Below the pieces are notes generated by a model that did no database searches, was not told where the DNA came from, and saw only the letters and a program-made list of their open reading frames with translations. Shown here in pieces: positions 1-10,533 of a stretch of DNA of 64,000 bases; position 1 is the first letter of the stretch, and each line of letters opens with the position of its first letter. Source of the DNA: Diplonema japonicum (taxonomy: Eukaryota; Protista; Euglenozoa: Diplonemea); assembly GCA_964019335.1 (NCBI GenBank), contig OZ025738.1, forward strand, positions 62,001 to 126,000, read 5' to 3'. Both the position numbers and the translations under genes were made by a program.

Positions 1-286
1 GTTTCAACAGAGCAGCCTGCTTCTTGCACACCACCACCTCAAGCATGCTCCCATCCTCAAAAGGAAGATCTCCGACGAGCTTCCCACCGCCGTCGTCATC
101 AGCAGTCGCCACCACCTCCCCATCGAAGGTGAGGGTGAAGCTGTCCACATCCAACCCTCCCATCGATGCGATCCTCTCCTTCACCTTCTTCATCTCCTCC
201 GAAGCCTCTGCCTCAATGCTGATGGTCTCAGAGGTGGGGAACCTCGCCTGCAGCGTCACTGCCGATGGTCCCTCGCTTTCCTTCAT
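1..286 (-). CDS. 5' part of a gene with an N-terminal ubiquitin-like domain; runs off the window edge
   Basis: Manual translation from ATG at 286: MKESEGPSAVTLQARFPTSETISIEAEASEEMKKVKERIASMGGLDVDSFTLTFDGEVV...LPFEDGSMLEVVV, a ubiquitin-fold pattern. Open to position 1. Not in the ORF track. Confidence 0.7.
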   Translation of the reverse strand, partial: MKESEGPSAVTLQARFPTSETISIEAEASEEMKKVKERIASMGGLDVDSFTLTFDGEVVATADDDGGGKLVGDLPFEDGSMLEVVVCKKQAALLK

Positions 287-365
287 GGCCCCACTTCTTT
301 TCTTTTTCTTTTGCAATCCTGTGGTAATGAAAGTTCGATGTTCGTTCGTAATCTGTGTTGAAGGT

Positions 366-565
366 TTCAGTGTGCATGGGGGGTGCTCACTGTTCAGTTC
401 CGCGGCTGCTGTCTGGTGCCTGCGGTGGCTGTTTGTCGCGACGAGATGGACGGCATCTGGGCGAGAAACATTACATGGAGTTGTGCAAGGTAGGGGGGCT
501 GTTTGGTTCGAGGAGAAGGAGTGGTCTCCTGTCGTAGCCATGTGCCGTCGGGCAGGGAGATGGCG
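366..565 (-). mobile_element. 3'-end relic of LINE family A
   Basis: Encodes MFLAQMPSISSRQTATAGTRQQP, nearly identical to the ORF2 C-terminus at 50165-50330, plus the terminal motif ggtgctcac(c/t)gttcag. Confidence 0.85.
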
Positions 566-881
566 GACTCCTTGTCACCACGCAGCACGTTGCCGTTCGT
601 CAAACACCCCAACCACAACATCTAATATGTAGACACCAACCGGGTCCATATCGGCAGGCATAAACTGCATAAAGCCCCTATCAAGAGTGTACCATGCTTG
701 GTCTATGAACAGCCCACCCACACGATGCACTTCTGCTTCCCGACACATGGTCCCTGCTATGCTCAGTCTCGTGATGGTCTGCATGTCTAGCGCAATCACC
801 CTTACATACGGATCGTATCCACGAAGAAGGTTGTCCGAGCTTATCTAACCCTCAGTGTCCTTTGTAACGATCCATCTGACC

Positions 882-3800
882 AGTGGCCCCGCGAGGTAAA
901 GTAAAAAGAATAAGAGGGAAGGAGGGAAGGGGGGAGGAGGAAGACATTCTTTTCTTTCAGTAAGAAGTTTTTTCTTCTTCTCCTTTTTAAGGAACGTTGG
1001 TTCTTAAAAAAAAGGGGGGGGGGGCGGGGGGGAGAGAGAAAATCCTTCGTTCGCTTGCGAACTAAACCTAAATAAAACGATAAGATTATAAATGGCGGCC
1101 TGTTTTAGGCATCCATCTCCAAAAAAAAAAAAACGTTGGTTAAAAATACATAAATAAATAGAAAAGAAACTCTTATAGCCCATCTTCTTTCTTTGTTTCT
1201 CCGGTCTTCTTAGGGCAGGAAATCTTTTTCTGGGTACCTCGCATAAGCAGTTCGCGACATATCAACATCCCAAGAGCCCAAAAGGTACCAAGTGCCCTTG
1301 GAACCGAGAGTATTACAACTAGTTCTCCTACGCACGGATTCTTAGACAAGCAAAAAAAGAAAAAAAAAAAACCCTTGTACATAAAAATCAACTAACAGGC
1401 GCTGGAGTCTTTGTTTTAGAAATAGAGAAAAAAAGAATATAAAAAAAAAAACATAGTGCAGTATTACGGTATGTTGAAAAAAAAAGAACCTTTGGGGAAA
1501 ATACTGAAACGGGTCCAGAAAATGCAACTTAACCATCTATCAACGAGCGTCTATATATAGACGATTTGAAAAAAATCTTTTACGCAAAGGGCTTTCAATG
1601 CAATACGGCCCGGCCCTTTCTTGCCGGCGGGGTCCTGCGCGGAAAATATGAAAAAAATAAACTAAATGCTGCCCTAACTTAACAAGAAAATGAAAAAATG
1701 AAAAAAAACGCCAGCCCAAATTTACCCTTAAAAATCACTTCAAAAAAAAGCGCCCGGAAAGAGGCTGGAAGAGGACGTTATGAGTGATGGCAGCACTGAT
1801 GGCTCATCCCTATTATGCAATTTTGATACAAACAGTGATTCTGATACGAATTCGACCGATTCCGAGTCACAGCAGGGTGATTGGACGGCAAAGCCGGAGC
1901 AGTTGGAAGGCATCCGGTTTCGTGAAGATCGAAATCCTTGTGGACCCTGTTTTGACATCAAAGGCTCAATGCCATACCATATATTCTCCAAATGCTCGTC
2001 CCAAACGTTATTCGGGTCATAACTTCGAACAATGTGGCAAATGCGGCTAAAAAAGGTGTCTCCCTGGATCTCGATGCTGCTTCTCTGCATACCTTCCTAG
2101 GTGTCCTTTTGTCGATGGACTTGGATATCAAGCCAGATTATTCTGATCACTGGCTCCACGTCTCTCAACTACACCCCTGGGTACGCCACCGTCATGTCAA
2201 GAGACCGCTTTTTGACTATTCTGGGAAATCTGTGTTTCCACAGCGAAACAAACAAGCGTGCTGACTTCTACTTATCGCAAAGGCCTCCCGGAGATCATGG
2301 ATGCCCCAAAGAAGCGAGGCCGCATGCCAAGGACGCTCATCCCGTGGGGACACCCAGTTCCACCAGCACGCGAGCATCCTTTGCACCACAACGTGGCATG
2401 ACATCATGCCAGCGTGCTTTCTATCGACGTTGGATGTTCCGGTGAAGTCGAATTTGACGTGTCCGCCAAAAGAGAATGAAAGCCGGAAAGGACATCCCGC
2501 CCCCCACCAAGTGCATATTTACAACACCGCAATGGGCGGAACCGACGCTGGGTGATGCTGTGACAAAACGCCATAAACGCTCCCTTATGACTTAAAAGTG
2601 GCCCCTAAAAGAGTATTTTTGTACTTGTTTGTTTTTTGTATCCCCTCTCGGGCACTTCAGGAACGATATTTTTGACAATGTTGTGGGGGTGGACCCTGCT
2701 GTGGGCACCCTCTCTCTAGAATTGGGACATCTGGAGGCATTTCCGGGGGCATATAGCCCCGGCGTTGCGCTGGAATAGCTTTTTTTGAAGTTTTGAAAAT
2801 TTACCCCCTGGTGGGCAAAAATGGTCCGTTGGTAGATGGTTAAGTTTAGATGCTGGTTCCTTAGGTATAACATTTACCGTAAAATAGCCGTAGACGGAGA
2901 GAGGGAGAGAAAGAGAGGGAAAGAGAGGGAGAGAAATAACTTCAATAGAACCGAGTGTTCCCGTCCAGCACGTATGGGTACTTCTCAAGCCAAGAATGGC
3001 GATTCTGCTTTCTTTTTCTGAAAAACCGAACCAACTTAACCTCATTGGGATTACACTCCTTCCCTCCCCGACAAAAATAAAATAAAATAATTACGATCGA
3101 GAAAAAAAAATTAAAAAACAACCACCACCCCCCCTCCCCCCGACTTGTACATTATTCTTAATCAGACACTATTCCTCTGCCGCGTTGATGGTGGGCACGC
3201 TCACACTCACCTCCTCCACCATCGTGACGCGCTTCGTGAAGTACCACTCGCATCTTGTCTCGTGCCAGTCGGGCAGGCCATACTGCTCACTCCAAGCAGA
3301 TCTCGATCTCCAGATGTACGCCTTCCCTCCAGCAAGTGCTACAAGTGTCTCTTTTTGCTTCTCCACATATTCAACATGTTCGAGAAGCTCTTCGCTCTGC
3401 TCAGCAGCAACCTCTTCCTTCAGGACACGCTTCCCTTCTTCGCGCATCGTCTTTGCCTCTTGTTCCCGCGTCTTGTCATGTTCCACAGCGTCATTACACC
3501 TGTCACCGATCCTCAGCTCAAGTGCCTCAAAGCCTATATCCCCAACCTCGTAGTGATAAGCTTCTTTTTCTTCTAACTTCTTTCCCATTCTCTGACGCTT
3601 TGCTTTCAGCGAGAAAGTATCACCCTCCCTTGTCAGACCTAGCACCGCCGCAAACTTCGCCTTCTGATACAAACGGCTTGTCGCACCCAACTCCTGGTTG
3701 CGGACAATGAGGTCGAAGGAACCGCCCCCCTCGTCCACAAGGAGAGCCACCTTGTTCCCTGACTCTGACACTGCCACCCTGCTGATCGTTCCCAGAGAGA

Positions 3801-6800
3801 AGGGGGCGGCGCTCGGAATAGCCATGCTTATCACCGCATTGTTCTCCCCGACGAGGATGCAGTGAAGGTGCGTCTCTGATAAGCGGACATCCTTCACGCT
3901 GTTGACGTGCAGGTCAAGGCTTCTCGTGTACAGCCTCTTTGCCGTTTCGCGTTGCACAACCCAGCTGTGGATGGACAGGCCGTCCTTGCTCACAACAGAC
4001 ACCACGTCGTTGGAGGTGGTCGCCGTCGCAGGGTCGATGTCCGTGTCGATGTAGAAGGTGCTGTGTTTTCGCAGCGTCCTCGTTTCTTCAGGCAGTGTGA
4101 ACACGCTGCACTCCCACCGCTTTTGTGTATCTCTGCGCCATGCCAGCACCTTGTCCACCATCGGTGTCACAGCCGACCAGACAGGGTTCTGTTCGATTTC
4201 CTCGTGCTTGTACGGATAAACCTGCTCCACAGTTCTTCTTCTATCTGACGAAACACCAGTCAACAAACTGTTAGCAGAAGGATAGTCTTCCTTGACCTCC
4301 ACAATGCCAGCATGCAGCACACCAGCTTTTGTCACCCAGCATATGCCCATGTCCTTATCAGTCTTAATTATGCACATGCTTTTGGCGTTTCCTAGGCTGC
4401 TGTCTTCTATTCCTTCCTTCATTCTTAACCTCGTGTTCAACATCCACACCATCCCATGGTCGGTGATGCCTATGATCCTGCTGGCCGCAAGTGTGCTTGT
4501 GTTGCACTCCTCTACCTTTGTCGCACGATTGTTCTTCATGTTCACGTCCACCACGTGAGGAATGCCACCCGCTACCCAGGAAACGACAAGAACGACGAAC
4601 CCGTTCCTCCACACAATTCTGCTGTGAACGCTGGAGCTGCTGACACTGTCTGGGATCTTCTGGGAAAACACAATGTCCTCACCTCCGAACCTCACCCTGT
4701 CACGGTACACCTCAGCAACATAGTCCTCGTCACTGCGACGCGTCATGGCAGCAAAGGACACCAAGCCGGGCAAGGGGCGTGAAGTCACCTTCATCTTTCC
4801 ATCTGCACCGAATTTTCCAAGGTGCGCCCTGGGGTGGCAAGTGTCCTTCAAGTCATCCTCATTAAGCAGCGTCCTATCGAATGTGTTGTCATCAAGGTGT
4901 GCCCCCTTCACGCTGACCCCACGCAAGTCCATCCCAGCAAAGGCCTCGTTTGCTGCCGACAGGATCGTCATCGCCACAGCACCAGGAACCTTGCAGAACT
5001 TTAGCTTCGACAGCTCCAAAAGGGAGTACAGAGTGTCCTTGAAACACTTCTCCGACGCCATCTTCGCCACGTACTGCCGTAAAACCACAGGAAAGCACAT
5101 CAAGTACTCCATCTTCACGTCCCAGTCCGCACATGCTGCATTGCACGTCTGAACAAGGTACTCGGAGGCCTGCTGCTCCGACACATCAAGGGCATCCGCC
5201 ACCCTCGCTTGCATCACATGACACTCCTTGCTGAATAATACACGCACCTGTTCTTCGTGTGTTAACTCCTCCTTCTGTTTCTCGTTCAGATTCGAGAACG
5301 TCGAAACGAAGAACCTCGTGGCGCAGCGGTTCAGCGGGAACTCCATGAGCTTGTCGCGGATGGCCCATGCTGTGAAAGCGTACTGAAGCCACATGTCGAC
5401 AAAACGGAACGTCTTCTTCCCCGACGGACCCAGCACTGTCCTGAGAGGGGACGAGGCGTACATGTCACGAACGAACTGCATCCTGCGCTCTTCTTCAAGG
5501 TCAAAGGTGCTGAGATCGCACTCTTCGAGGAATAGGTCGCACCTCTTATGGTAGTGGGCGATGGTCGTCTGCTGACGTGCCATCTGAAGCGCAAGGGAAC
5601 CATTGTAGTCAAACATGAGGGTCATGATGTTCCTGTCGCTCATGCTGGGGTACTTCTCGTAGAACATGTCCTTCGAGAGCATGAAGTACCTTTCTACGTT
5701 GCTTCTGAGGAAACTCAAATCAAGGACCGGCTCCTCACACAAGTTGCACATGCAGTCGCTTGTCACGTCTCTAAAGGAACGAACCAATGAAAGCGACAAA
5801 ACGCTATCATTCGCTCCCAGGTATTTCATGAACTTCTCGAATACCCGCCTCTGCCACACCGTGGCCTTGCCAGACACGATTATGCCCTCAGCTTCCTCAG
5901 TGGTTAGGTCCTCTATCCTCAGAACCTGGCACCTCGACATCATCTTTCCGTCCTTGTCGACACTCCCGAACAGTTTCTGGTGTGTGTACTGCAAGAATGC
6001 CACGTTCGCAGAGACAAGAATGATGGGGTCGCCCCATTCGCTTAGAGCATTGGACTTGCGCAATATGTTAAAGGTAAACTCCCTGTCGAGGTGCGAGTAC
6101 CCTTCGAGGATCAACACAAGCTTATAATCTTCACCGCTTTTCTCCTTCAACTTCCTGATGTTGCTGACGGTGAACCCGTATTCCTTAAGAGCCCCTTCCA
6201 CCAGCTTCTCCCTTGGATCCTTCAGCTTTGGCAAGTATATGAACACGGGGACAAGAATTTGTGCTGTCTCTTTTCCCTTTTCTTCCTTTTTGTCTTTGTA
6301 ACACTCCCACAGCCTCTTCTCCACAAGCCGAAGGAACTCTTCGCAGCCGCTCTGATTCCCGTCGAACACAAAGCTGTTGTCCTCTTCATGATTCTTCCAA
6401 CCAAGGATCCTCTTCACAAACATATCCACGGTTTCAGTTTCTTTTTCTTTAGTTGTGTTGTCGCTGAAGGAGACCTTCAAAAATGAGTATTCGTCGGTAC
6501 GCTCACATTGATGCTTCATACGCAGGATGTCATCCTCCAGCTCCCTGTGCAGCTCCAGGTACTCGTGAATATCGCTGACATCCTTCGCGATGTCCTGGAC
6601 AGCCTTCTCAATCTGTACTGCCCTGTTCAGAATGCCTGCGGTGAGAAGCATTGTGGCCCCCACCATTGTGCTTGTCCCCTCCAGGTTCCTTACGTACACG
6701 GTGATCGCCCTCTGGGCATTCTGTAGGATCTTGTCTAGGGGCTTAATTGCTTCCTTCATCACGGTCTCTCCTCGGAGTCTCAGCAGCTCGTCTACCTCGT

Positions 6801-8330
6801 CCAAGAGTTCTGATATCTTTTTCTTGTACTCTTTCGCCTGCGTGGGGAGGGTCATCCCCATGTAGTCCTTCATTCCTTTGAAAGACAGCGCCTCGTGGAG
6901 AGCTCCGACCACCTCTTCGCGATCGCACAGCAGTGAGCGCGACAGCTGCTCGCTCACATCGTGTTTCTGACTGTCTGTCAGGTACCTGCCGTCCTCGAAG
7001 GCGATGACCTCGTAGCACGCCATCACAGACCTGCACCGCAGCTTCAGCGAGGTGTTTGAGCTGGTGTCTTTGCCCAGCAGCAGGTCCGTCATTGCGGAAA
7101 CAGAACCATCGATACTCTCCAGACTCTGCCCTCTTGTATCGTTGTACCACTGGTCGATCTCTCTTATGAACTCCACTGATCCCTTACCGGCCTTTTCCGC
7201 CTGATATTTCACGGCGCCTCCTACAAGCTCTTTCGCATCCTTGATTTGCTCGGTGAGCTTCTCTGGGGACGGCCTCTCGAACGTCAAAAACTCCAGCAAG
7301 CAATCCAACAGGACATCGGTTGCTGTTGCTGGGAACTTAACGGTGTGCGTTGCTGCTGGGTCGTTCTCAACCGGGATGCGCTGGTACCACTTCTGGTCGG
7401 CCTTACCGTAAGATATCCTGCCGGTCCAGTCCCCTGCGGAGCGGACGACAGCACGGTTGAAAAGCAGCATTTCAGCCAAGTTTGCGATCCACAGCAGGGC
7501 GTGGGTGGGGTCGGCGTGCTTGAGGCTACCATCATGAATGACATCCTCGTGGAACGACTTAATGGCTGATGTAATGGTTTCCGCAAGACGCAGGCAGTCA
7601 CCGTCTCGTTTTCTATCGGTGAGGGCCTGTACTGTATTCCGCAGAAGCTCGCACTTCACGCCGAGGGTGAAGCACTCGTAGGTGGAGAACGTGATGAACC
7701 CTTCTGCCTTGACCTTTTCTATGATGCTTTCGATGACCTTCTTTCCGTCCTTTAAAAACTCTCCTACCTTTGAAATGGACCCAGGTAAGCCGGTAGCTAT
7801 GCTGAAAACGGTTCCCCCGAACTTACAAATGGACTCTATGAGCTCATTGTCTGACTGTCCTATGACCTTCACTCCAACAGACACGATGTGGAAGTCGGTG
7901 ATGGATACGACATGGCGGCGGGCCTCGTACTTGACCTCCTCCAATTCCTTGACAAGGTTCTCCAGCTTCTTTTCATTGTGGTCCTCTGGTGGGGTGGTCT
8001 TTGCAAGGCGGAACATGAGGAAGGCAGCTGAACGGTGCAGGTGTATGTTGTTGAAAGTGATGAGCTGCCGTTTGTCGCTCTCCATCGTGTCGGACATGAG
8101 GGAGATCTTCAGAATCTTGAGGATACCGTACACGGCCTCGTAAAGACCTTTCCATTCCTCTTCTTTAAAGGGCTTCTGCTCGACCCCAAACACATGCTCT
8201 TGCATCTTAAACCACTTCACAAACTCTTGTGTTGCCACCCACTTGTCCCATTGTGCTACGTCCCCTCCATACCACGCCTCTTCTAGATTCGCCAGCTTCC
8301 TTGAAAGGTCTTTCTTGAATTCTGAATCGA
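882..8330. repeat. Segmental duplication copy 1 (NLR-like gene plus 3' flank); copy 2 at ~15748-22620
   Basis: Near-identical sequence starting at cagtggccccgcgaggtaaag (882 and ~15748) and running through the CDS to DSEFKKDL. Confidence 0.9.
1533..2839 (+). mobile_element. Internally deleted piggyBac-like DNA transposon (1307 bp)
   Basis: TTAA at 1529-1532 and 2840-2843. 13-bp TIR CCATCTA(T/C)CAACG. Broken transposase motifs FLGVLLSMDL..PDYSDHW, MSRDRFLTILGNLCF and YNTAMGGTD. Empty site aatgcaac-CTAA-gtttag at ~16313-16330. Confidence 0.92.
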
Positions 8331-8541
8331 CGTCATCCTTATTATTGTTGCAGATAAACATATTCTTCACAATGCGAACGGCTGCTGCCATCTTTCCTTC
8401 TTTCTTTACAACGGACTTCTTACCCGTCTCCATTGTCGGCGCGTTGCTTGTTCCGAACCCAGCTGCTTCGCCGAAACTATCGTAGTTGTTCAGACTCGAA
8501 TCGGGCACCAGCTGTTCCAGGCACTCTTCTGAGTCCGACAT
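3169..8541 (-). CDS. NLR-like protein A (helical N-term, degenerate NACHT, pentapeptide, beta-propeller-like C-term), 1790 aa
   Basis: FVFDGNQSGCEEFLR..LW..VPVFIYLP..LVEGALKEYGFT..IRKLK..LILEGYSH and AMTILSAANEAFAGMDLRGVSVKGAHL match the NACHT-pentapeptide-WD40 architecture. The C-terminus is beta-rich. Confidence 0.75.
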   Translation of the reverse strand: MSDSEECLEQLVPDSSLNNYDSFGEAAGFGTSNAPTMETGKKSVVKKEGKMAAAVRIVKNMFICNNNKDDVDSEFKKDLSRKLANLEEAWYGGDVAQWDKWVATQEFVKWFKMQEHVFGVEQKPFKEEEWKGLYEAVYGILKILKISLMSDTMESDKRQLITFNNIHLHRSAAFLMFRLAKTTPPEDHNEKKLENLVKELEEVKYEARRHVVSITDFHIVSVGVKVIGQSDNELIESICKFGGTVFSIATGLPGSISKVGEFLKDGKKVIESIIEKVKAEGFITFSTYECFTLGVKCELLRNTVQALTDRKRDGDCLRLAETITSAIKSFHEDVIHDGSLKHADPTHALLWIANLAEMLLFNRAVVRSAGDWTGRISYGKADQKWYQRIPVENDPAATHTVKFPATATDVLLDCLLEFLTFERPSPEKLTEQIKDAKELVGGAVKYQAEKAGKGSVEFIREIDQWYNDTRGQSLESIDGSVSAMTDLLLGKDTSSNTSLKLRCRSVMACYEVIAFEDGRYLTDSQKHDVSEQLSRSLLCDREEVVGALHEALSFKGMKDYMGMTLPTQAKEYKKKISELLDEVDELLRLRGETVMKEAIKPLDKILQNAQRAITVYVRNLEGTSTMVGATMLLTAGILNRAVQIEKAVQDIAKDVSDIHEYLELHRELEDDILRMKHQCERTDEYSFLKVSFSDNTTKEKETETVDMFVKRILGWKNHEEDNSFVFDGNQSGCEEFLRLVEKRLWECYKDKKEEKGKETAQILVPVFIYLPKLKDPREKLVEGALKEYGFTVSNIRKLKEKSGEDYKLVLILEGYSHLDREFTFNILRKSNALSEWGDPIILVSANVAFLQYTHQKLFGSVDKDGKMMSRCQVLRIEDLTTEEAEGIIVSGKATVWQRRVFEKFMKYLGANDSVLSLSLVRSFRDVTSDCMCNLCEEPVLDLSFLRSNVERYFMLSKDMFYEKYPSMSDRNIMTLMFDYNGSLALQMARQQTTIAHYHKRCDLFLEECDLSTFDLEEERRMQFVRDMYASSPLRTVLGPSGKKTFRFVDMWLQYAFTAWAIRDKLMEFPLNRCATRFFVSTFSNLNEKQKEELTHEEQVRVLFSKECHVMQARVADALDVSEQQASEYLVQTCNAACADWDVKMEYLMCFPVVLRQYVAKMASEKCFKDTLYSLLELSKLKFCKVPGAVAMTILSAANEAFAGMDLRGVSVKGAHLDDNTFDRTLLNEDDLKDTCHPRAHLGKFGADGKMKVTSRPLPGLVSFAAMTRRSDEDYVAEVYRDRVRFGGEDIVFSQKIPDSVSSSSVHSRIVWRNGFVVLVVSWVAGGIPHVVDVNMKNNRATKVEECNTSTLAASRIIGITDHGMVWMLNTRLRMKEGIEDSSLGNAKSMCIIKTDKDMGICWVTKAGVLHAGIVEVKEDYPSANSLLTGVSSDRRRTVEQVYPYKHEEIEQNPVWSAVTPMVDKVLAWRRDTQKRWECSVFTLPEETRTLRKHSTFYIDTDIDPATATTSNDVVSVVSKDGLSIHSWVVQRETAKRLYTRSLDLHVNSVKDVRLSETHLHCILVGENNAVISMAIPSAAPFSLGTISRVAVSESGNKVALLVDEGGGSFDLIVRNQELGATSRLYQKAKFAAVLGLTREGDTFSLKAKRQRMGKKLEEKEAYHYEVGDIGFEALELRIGDRCNDAVEHDKTREQEAKTMREEGKRVLKEEVAAEQSEELLEHVEYVEKQKETLVALAGGKAYIWRSRSAWSEQYGLPDWHETRCEWYFTKRVTMVEEVSVSVPTINAAEE

Positions 8542-8702
8542 CTTTTCTCTTCTTTTTTCTTTTCTTTTTTCTCTCGTTTTTTCTTTTGTCCTCCCCCTCT
8601 CCCCTTCCCCTGATTATGTGGCTTCTTTGGTGCAAAATTAAAAACAAACAAAAAAAAAGGAGGGCTTTGTTAATTAACGCAAAAAAAAGAAGAAGAAAGA
8701 AG

Positions 8703-9305
8703 AATGACTTTGGTTGCTTATAAACCGCCTGGCGTACAAGCAACTGCAGGCGCAGTCTACTTGATTACAGGGGGTGCTCCTCGGCCGAGCAGTAGCTTCT
8801 TCTGCGTTCCGCGCTGTGTCCTTAATGCGTGGTGTTCTCCTCCATGTCCGCTACCAGCACTGACAAGAGAGTTGATGAGGACCGCTGACAAGGGGCACCC
8901 TTGTAGAATGCCATTTGTCACTTCAAAGGCGTCTCCCACTCCATTAGGAAGTGACAGGTTGGCGTGAACGTGTCGTGGTCCCGCTATGCATAAGCGTAGT
9001 CCTAGTTCCTCAACCAGCCTCAGGGATAGCTCCTGTGGCACTGTATCGAAACATTTTTGGAAATCTACAGCGACCCCATGTAACTGTAATCCTCCAAGTA
9101 TTGCTGCTTCAACCGGTGTCAGTTGCATAACAAAAGAATAACTCGTCGACAGCTCAGCGAGCACATCATCACAGCCATGGCCTGGTCGGAACCCGTGCCG
9201 GAATGCTATCCCTTATCCACTTTTCCTGCCAGAAGAGCACTCCCTTCAGCCTCACGCATGCCCACAATCTATATACGACACTTGTGACTGTGATCGGCCT
9301 GTGGT
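8703..9305 (-). mobile_element. Degraded LINE reverse transcriptase fragment joined to a LINE-like 3'-end repeat
   Basis: DFQKCFDTVPQ and NGILQGCPLSAVLIN, plus frameshifted RPITVTS/HGFRP remnants, all homologous to the RTs at 50-61 kb. Confidence 0.9.
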
Positions 9306-10533
9306 AACTGAAATGGTTTTAAGTTAGGATGAAGAAGCGAAAAAATAGGTAAAAAGGGGGGGTGGAAAAGAATAAATACTGCATACGAAAACAGAGAGTC
9401 GAATAAAAGAGGGAAAAAGTGACTGACATCCTCAAGAGGAGCCTCCCACGTACCAGGAATTAAGCAGAGGTTGCTTCCATGGCCCGTATCATCGCCGGAA
9501 AGAATAATGAAAATAACGGAACGAAGTGAAGTAGGAAAAGAGAAAAGAGGCCTGTGGTAAAGAATTAGGATGAAAGGCACGACTTCTTTTGCACAATAAT
9601 GGCACAAGAGGCATAAAGCGGGGCTAATGCGGTGCTGCGAGTAGGGTCGCACCCCCGATGCCTTGCGTCTTCACCAGAACGGTTTGTATCGAGACCTTTT
9701 TGACCTTGGGGAGCCCACTGCTACGGGTGGAGTCTGCTGAATCGCTAGCATTGCCATAACGGTCGCCCGAGGGAGAGCAGCCTCACACACGGTTTTCCCT
9801 GCTTTAACATAGTGCACGTAAACCCCTTTCCCGCCTTTTGTACCGATCCCAACAAATGCCACATAAAGCCCTCCTCTATAGAACTCGAACCCGGGAAACA
9901 TGTGATAATTGGGTACGAAACAGTGATTTGTTGCTGATGCAGTTCAAGACTGAAACTCGAGAGGAAAGGAATGTGAGTAGCTCACCCTAAAGTCTAAAAA
10001 CAACAAAAGGAGCGCCCCTCGTGAAACTATTAAACTATGATGAGGTGGGAGGAAAACGAGAATGAATGGGGATGGGGATGAAACTGGGGGGGAGCCGGGA
10101 TGGTCAGGACTTACTTTACAGGACTTCCAATACCATGTGGCCGGTATTGGACCTTCTGAAAAGTTCTTTGTACCCAAAAGGGGGGAAGAAGAAGAAGAAG
10201 AAGGAGAAGAATATCCGGGGTTTTTGTTCCTGAGGGTGCCGCTCCTCAGTACCCTCTGTTTCTTGTCAAATATATAGGGGTGGGTATGTGGGGGCTTTTT
10301 TTCTTTCACACTTTTCATTCGCTCCCAGCTGCCTTGATCGGCTTTGCTACGTCGGCGGGATGGTTCTTTTTTCTTTTTCTTTCTGCGAGAAACAGGATCG
10401 TTACAGGAACGTTATTATCTGTTCTTCACGCCATCGAGCTGTTCGTTCATTTCTTTCTCTCTTTTTCACAACACAAGAAAAAGCAGGAAAATATCTACAC
10501 GTGCACGGGGGAAAAGATTCTACAACTCACGCT

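Noticed and set aside
9650-10200. Short coding-like patches (also 575-830, 15500-15745, 22950-23800, 48900-49130)
   Set aside because: No recognisable motifs. Probably decayed fragments; needs tBLASTx.
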